NCBI GenBank assembly: GCA_963792585.1 | Contig: CAWBWI010000006.1 | Location: 736,001 to 800,000 of the forward strand | Length of the DNA stretch: 64,000 nt | Origin: Candidatus Eiseniibacteriota bacterium | GTDB taxonomy: Bacteria > Eisenbacteria > RBG-16-71-46 > CAIMUX01 > VGJL01 | Direction of reading: 5' to 3' | In this document: positions 59,926 through 64,000 of the stretch, in pieces | Position numbering within the stretch: position 1 is the stretch's first letter | Layout of the letters: the number at the start of each line of letters is the position of its first letter | The notes under the pieces: model-generated | What the model was told of the DNA's origin: nothing | Databases searched by the model: none | Seen by the model: the letters and a program-made list of their open reading frames with translations, nothing else | Made by a program: the position numbers and the translations under genes

Positions 59926-61329
59926 TTACGCCACCATCTTGTCGTGCTTCCCCACGATCCGATTCAGAGGCCGCCCGATCGCCCACATCGCAACGCCCGC
60001 GCCAAGGCCGAGCAGCGTCAGGACCAGGAAGTAGGCGTCCCTCGGCATCTTCTCCCAGAACGTGCCGAGGTATCCGGACATGTAGTTGCCGAAGAAGCTC
60101 GAGAGGTACCAGACGCCCATCATCATCGAGACCATGCGCGCGGGCGCGACCTTGGTCACGAGCGAGAGGCCGATCGGGGAGAGGTAGAGCTCCCCGATCG
60201 TGAGAACGAAGGTCGTGCCAGCGAGCCAGGCGACGTTGCGGCGCGTCTCGGGCGTCATTCCCTGCGCGGCGATGATCATGATCACGTACGAGGCGCCGAG
60301 CAGGAAGCAGCCGAGCGCCATCTTCGTCACCGATGTCGGCTCCTGCTTGCGTCGCGACTGCCATGCCCAGAAGATGTTCAGGAGCGGCGCGAGGACGAAG
60401 ATCATGAGCGGGTTGAACGACTGAAACCAGGTCGACGGCATGTCGAAGCCGAGAATGTGCCAGTTCGTGTTTCGATCGGCCCAGAGCTGCATGGTGTTCC
60501 CCTGCTGCTCGTAGACTCCCCAGAAGACGATGTTGAGCGCGCAGAGGACGATCAGGGCACCGATCCTCTGCCACTCCTCGCGCGTGATCGGCTCCTTCAC
60601 CTTCGGAGCGCCGACACGTCGCGTCGCGGTCAGGTTGTCCTCTCCCAGGTGCCTCTGTCCAAGCAGATAGATCACGAGTCCCGCGATCATGCCCACGCCG
60701 GCCGCGCCAAACCCGTAGTGCCACCCGAGCTTCTGGCCAAGCGTGCCGCAGACGAGCGGCGAGAGGAACGCGCCGAGGTTGATGCCCATGTAGAAGATCG
60801 TGAACGCGCCGTCGCGGCGCGGGTCGCCCTTCGCGTAGAGGCTGCCGACCTGGGTCGAGATGTTCGGCTTGAAGGCGCCGTTGCCGAAGATCAGGAACAT
60901 CAGCGCGACGAAGAAGAGGCTCTCGATGGCCATGAGGAAGTGGCCGATCGCCATGAGGATCGCCCCGAGCACCACGGTCTTGCGCTGCCCGAGGACGCGG
61001 TCGGCGAGCATCCCGCCGAAGAACGGCGTCAGATAGACGAAGGCGGTGTAGAGGCCGTAGATCTGCGACGACAGCGGCTGGATCGCGAGCGGGCCGAAGA
61101 GCGACTCGAGCGCCCCCTTGATCGCGTTGTACCCGAGGACCTCCGCCCCGACGTCCGGCTTCAGGAAGAGGTGGTTCACCATGTAGAGGACGAGGAGCGA
61201 GCGCATTCCGTAGTACGAGAAGCGCTCCCACATCTCGGTGAAGAAGAGGACGAATAGCCCGACGGGATGACCCAGGATCATCCGGCCGGTGCCGGGCACG
61301 TAGCCTCTCCGCTCGATGGACTCGCTCAT
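59926..61329 (-). CDS. POT/PTR2 proton-dependent oligopeptide transporter (MFS)
   Basis: EMWERFSYYGMR (ExxERFxYY), FKPNIST, FYMGINLGA, GELYLSPIG. Confidence 0.96.
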   Translation of the reverse strand: MSESIERRGYVPGTGRMILGHPVGLFVLFFTEMWERFSYYGMRSLLVLYMVNHLFLKPDVGAEVLGYNAIKGALESLFGPLAIQPLSSQIYGLYTAFVYLTPFFGGMLADRVLGQRKTVVLGAILMAIGHFLMAIESLFFVALMFLIFGNGAFKPNISTQVGSLYAKGDPRRDGAFTIFYMGINLGAFLSPLVCGTLGQKLGWHYGFGAAGVGMIAGLVIYLLGQRHLGEDNLTATRRVGAPKVKEPITREEWQRIGALIVLCALNIVFWGVYEQQGNTMQLWADRNTNWHILGFDMPSTWFQSFNPLMIFVLAPLLNIFWAWQSRRKQEPTSVTKMALGCFLLGASYVIMIIAAQGMTPETRRNVAWLAGTTFVLTIGELYLSPIGLSLVTKVAPARMVSMMMGVWYLSSFFGNYMSGYLGTFWEKMPRDAYFLVLTLLGLGAGVAMWAIGRPLNRIVGKHDKMVA

Positions 61330-61471
61330 GAGTGCGTCCCCCTCTACCCCAACCCCAGGCCCGACAAGCGACCCGCGCACGCCGTAGGAGTCTATCGGGC
61401 CGGGCGGGCAAATGCACTACCATGGAGCGTCCCGCCGGGGGGCGTCCCCGCAGCCGCAAGGAGGTCTTCGC

Positions 61472-61996
61472 ATGGATCCGCGCTATCCGATCGGCACGTT
61501 CACCGCCCCCGCAGAGTACACGCCCTCCTCGCGCGCAGGGGCGATCGGGAAGATCGCCGCCCTGCCTGGGCTCCTGCGAAAAACCGCCGCAGGGCGATCG
61601 CCGGACCAGCTCGACACCCCATACCGCGAGGGAGGGTGGACGATCCGGCAGGTGGTCCACCATCTGCCCGACAGCCACATGAACGCCTACGTCCGCTTCC
61701 GGCTGGCGCTGACCGAGGATCGCCCGGTGATCAAGGCGTACGAGGAGGCCCGCTGGGCGGAGCTCGCCGACGCGCGTTCCGGGCCGATCGAGATTTCCCT
61801 GGATCTGATCGACGCGTTGCACGTGCGATGGGTCCGGCTCTTGGAAGCGCTCGGACCGGCCGAGTTCGCCCGAACCTTCAAGCATCCCGAAATGGGCGAG
61901 ATGTCCCTCGATCGCACGCTCGCAATGTATGCGTGGCACGGGGAGCACCACGTCGGACAGATCGCGTCGCTGGCGGAGAGGATGGGGTGGCGCTAG
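61472..61996 (+). CDS. yfiT: YfiT/BstA-family thiol S-transferase (DinB superfamily)
   Basis: RYPIG, LDTPYREGGWTIRQVVHHLPDSHMN, YAWHGEHH. Confidence 0.92.
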   Translation: MDPRYPIGTFTAPAEYTPSSRAGAIGKIAALPGLLRKTAAGRSPDQLDTPYREGGWTIRQVVHHLPDSHMNAYVRFRLALTEDRPVIKAYEEARWAELADARSGPIEISLDLIDALHVRWVRLLEALGPAEFARTFKHPEMGEMSLDRTLAMYAWHGEHHVGQIASLAERMGWR

Positions 61997-62048
61997 GGCG
62001 TCCGAGCGTCAGGGCATTCAGGCATCAGAGCGATCGCCCGTCCGCTCC

Positions 62049-63800
62049 TCAACCCTTCCCGATCCTCTCCAGCGCACGCCGCAATCGCGGGGCGCGGAGC
62101 ACGAGCCGGGCGTAGTCGGCCTCCGCCGCGGCCCCCTTGGCGCGCAAGATGGCGATCAGCGCGCGCTTCTCCTCTCGGGGCCAGGCCGCCAGATGCGGCA
62201 CGAGCCGGATGAGCGGACTCAGGTGCAGGAACGCGGCCCGCTCGTTCGCGGGCCAGCCCCGCGATCCCAGGGCCCCGATATCGCGCGCGACCTCGCGCGC
62301 GCAGACGGTTTCCGCCGCCGCACGATCTCCCCCGAAACGCCCCTCGATCAGACGGCTCACGGCAAGCCCGATCCCGGTCAGCGAGATCGCGCTCGCCGTG
62401 GTCGCATCGAGGTCGTCGAGATGGAGGACCACGTTCGAGCGCGCGAGCCGCTTGAGAGTGCTCCGCGGGGTTCGGTATCCCGGCTTCGCCTGGATGCGCG
62501 CGGCCTCGGCGGCGGCGAGCCTCCCGATCTTGGGATCCACGGGGCGGAATCCAAGCTTGTGATAGAACCAGAACGAGCCGGCGTCGAGCCCCTCGTCGTT
62601 CTCGTGGCCGAGTTGATAGCGCTCGACGAGAAAGACGTCACATCCGAACTGATGGTGGAAGAGCCGGATGAACTGCTCGAAGACGAACGAGGACTCCCCC
62701 TGTCGGAAGGTCGGGAAGATGTTGACCGCGATCTCCATCTGCTCGAAGAGGAGCGCGCCGACGCCGTAGCCGATCGGGATACCGTTCTTGACGACGAACG
62801 CGCCGTAGTCGGTCTCGATCGGCAGCCGGCGGTGGGGTTGCATCCCGAAGAGGACGATCCGGACGCCGCGGCCGACCGCGGCCTCGTACACCTCGGATTC
62901 GTTCGCGAGCGCGATGGGGTAGAGCTCCCGGTCGCGGACGGAGAGGGCGCAGCGGGCGAGGTCGATCCACGCGCGGGCGCGCGCGCGTGGGACGGGGCGC
63001 AGGCGCCGCATCCCCCGGCGGATCTCGCCGCGTAGGTCGTTCGTCCGCCCCCGCAACGGCTCATCGTGGAAGTAGAGGCGCTCTTCGGGCATCCGCGCGA
63101 GGGTGCGCGAGGCGGGGCCTGTACCGAGTTCCCACGTCAACGGGATGTCGAGGCCGTTGTACAAGGCTTCCAGGGTCTCGAGGGGCAGCCCTGATGTGCG
63201 CAGGCGGTCGATGAGACGGCGCAATGCGGAGGAGCGACCCCTGTTTCCACGGCCGCCCTGCGGCCGACCTCGCCCGCTCTGCCGGCTGCTTTGCCGGCTG
63301 CCCTGCCGGCTGCCCCGCCGGTCGCCCCACGAGCGCTCGAACCACGCGCGCGCGGTGAGAAGCTCATCGTCCAGAGCCGCGGTCTCGACCCATCCCGCCA
63401 CCGGCGAGAGAATCCCCGCGAGGTTGTCGCTCTCCCGCTCCTCGTATGCGTCCCAGTCGATCTCGACGGCGCCGCCGAAACGGTCCGCGAGCCAGCCGGC
63501 GATGGGAAGGCCAAACGGGTACGCATAGGTAGTTCCGGATATGCCCGTCCCGGCGAGTACGTCCCGAAACGGCGGCACCCTTCGGGCGAAGGCGCGAAGC
63601 TCCGCCTCGGCCGAGCGCATGATCCCGGGATCGTCCGGGAAGGCGCGCAGGAAGCAGAGAGCCTCATGGTACGTTTGCAGCTCTTCCGCCGTGCGGATCC
63701 TCCCGCGCCGCGCCGTGGTCAGGAGCTTCTTCTTCCGACGCGCCGCGTCGGCCCCGTACTGGGTCTTCCGTTGATCGAGCTCTTCGAGCCAACCTGGCAT
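62049..63800 (-). CDS. Hypothetical ~583-aa protein with a GNAT-like C-terminal region
   Basis: Long ORF with typical composition; HEALCFLRAFPDD; NIFPTFRQGES, SFWFYHKLGFRP. Confidence 0.75.
   Translation of the reverse strand: MPGWLEELDQRKTQYGADAARRKKKLLTTARRGRIRTAEELQTYHEALCFLRAFPDDPGIMRSAEAELRAFARRVPPFRDVLAGTGISGTTYAYPFGLPIAGWLADRFGGAVEIDWDAYEERESDNLAGILSPVAGWVETAALDDELLTARAWFERSWGDRRGSRQGSRQSSRQSGRGRPQGGRGNRGRSSALRRLIDRLRTSGLPLETLEALYNGLDIPLTWELGTGPASRTLARMPEERLYFHDEPLRGRTNDLRGEIRRGMRRLRPVPRARARAWIDLARCALSVRDRELYPIALANESEVYEAAVGRGVRIVLFGMQPHRRLPIETDYGAFVVKNGIPIGYGVGALLFEQMEIAVNIFPTFRQGESSFVFEQFIRLFHHQFGCDVFLVERYQLGHENDEGLDAGSFWFYHKLGFRPVDPKIGRLAAAEAARIQAKPGYRTPRSTLKRLARSNVVLHLDDLDATTASAISLTGIGLAVSRLIEGRFGGDRAAAETVCAREVARDIGALGSRGWPANERAAFLHLSPLIRLVPHLAAWPREEKRALIAILRAKGAAAEADYARLVLRAPRLRRALERIGKG
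63279..63326. repeat. 12-bp in-frame tandem repeat (about 4 imperfect copies)
   Basis: ctgccggctgct / ttgccggctgcc / ctgccggctgcc / ccgccggtcgcc, encoding GDRR-GSRQ-GSRQ-SSRQ. Confidence 0.7.
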
Positions 63801-63967
63801 GCGCACCCCCCTCGACCGAATCACAGCCGATGTTCCGCCGTTCTCGATCCTAACGCATCGAGCCCCCCTAGCCCCCCGCCCCGATTCCCGATAGACTCGG
63901 GCCGCGGCGCTGCGATCGTTCGAGGACGGGTGGACCGCGGGGTGTCCGAGACACGAGGAGGTCGGGT

Positions 63968-64000
63968 ATGGGTCGGTGGAAGTTCGCGGCCGCCGCGCTT
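63968..64000 (+). CDS. 5' end of a probable secreted protein, truncated by the window edge
   Basis: RBS GAGGAGG then MGRWKFAAAAL. Confidence 0.55.
   Translation, partial: MGRWKFAAAAL

Noticed and set aside
59852..61951. N-terminal ~700 aa of the 1066-aa ORF 58751..61951
   Set aside because: Overlaps the POT transporter in another frame and yfiT on the other strand; the real gene starts at the lipoprotein signal at 59851

Overview
GC-rich bacterial chromosome segment, probably from an uncultured FCB-group lineage such as Ca. Eisenbacteria, Krumholzibacteriota or Latescibacterota. That placement is inferred from six secreted proteins with FlgD-Ig/T9SS-like C-terminal domains, a PorV-family barrel and a C-terminal 'SWGxIK' tag. 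Main contents: (1) a secreted Omp28/thioredoxin-fold protein split by an in-frame TGA at a UxxC redox motif, a likely selenoprotein (5408-6463, minus); (2) a translationally coupled five-gene operon (28251-42998, minus) encoding a ~2,900-aa repeat-rich surface protein, a PorV-TPR fusion, a membrane HAMP-PP2C-RsbW-kinase fusion, a STAS protein and a GAF histidine kinase, a candidate adhesin-coupled trans-envelope partner-switching system, preceded by a BlaI + M56-TonB pair with twin operators; (3) an N-glycan degradation operon with no SusC/D in the locus (GH130, CBM9-like, SSS transporter, GH38, PNGase F-like, GH20); (4) a complete IS1380 with terminal IRs and a CTAG target duplication; (5) a 13-kb run of mostly small GNAT/cupin/VOC/PhzF/DinB-type genes, plus housekeeping genes (lepB, pabB-lyase fusion, POT transporter, yfiT). 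Four genuine-looking gene junctions carry single-base indels in short homopolymers, most likely assembly errors. No rRNA, tRNA or CRISPR array was seen. All family calls come from recognising motifs by eye, not from database searches.
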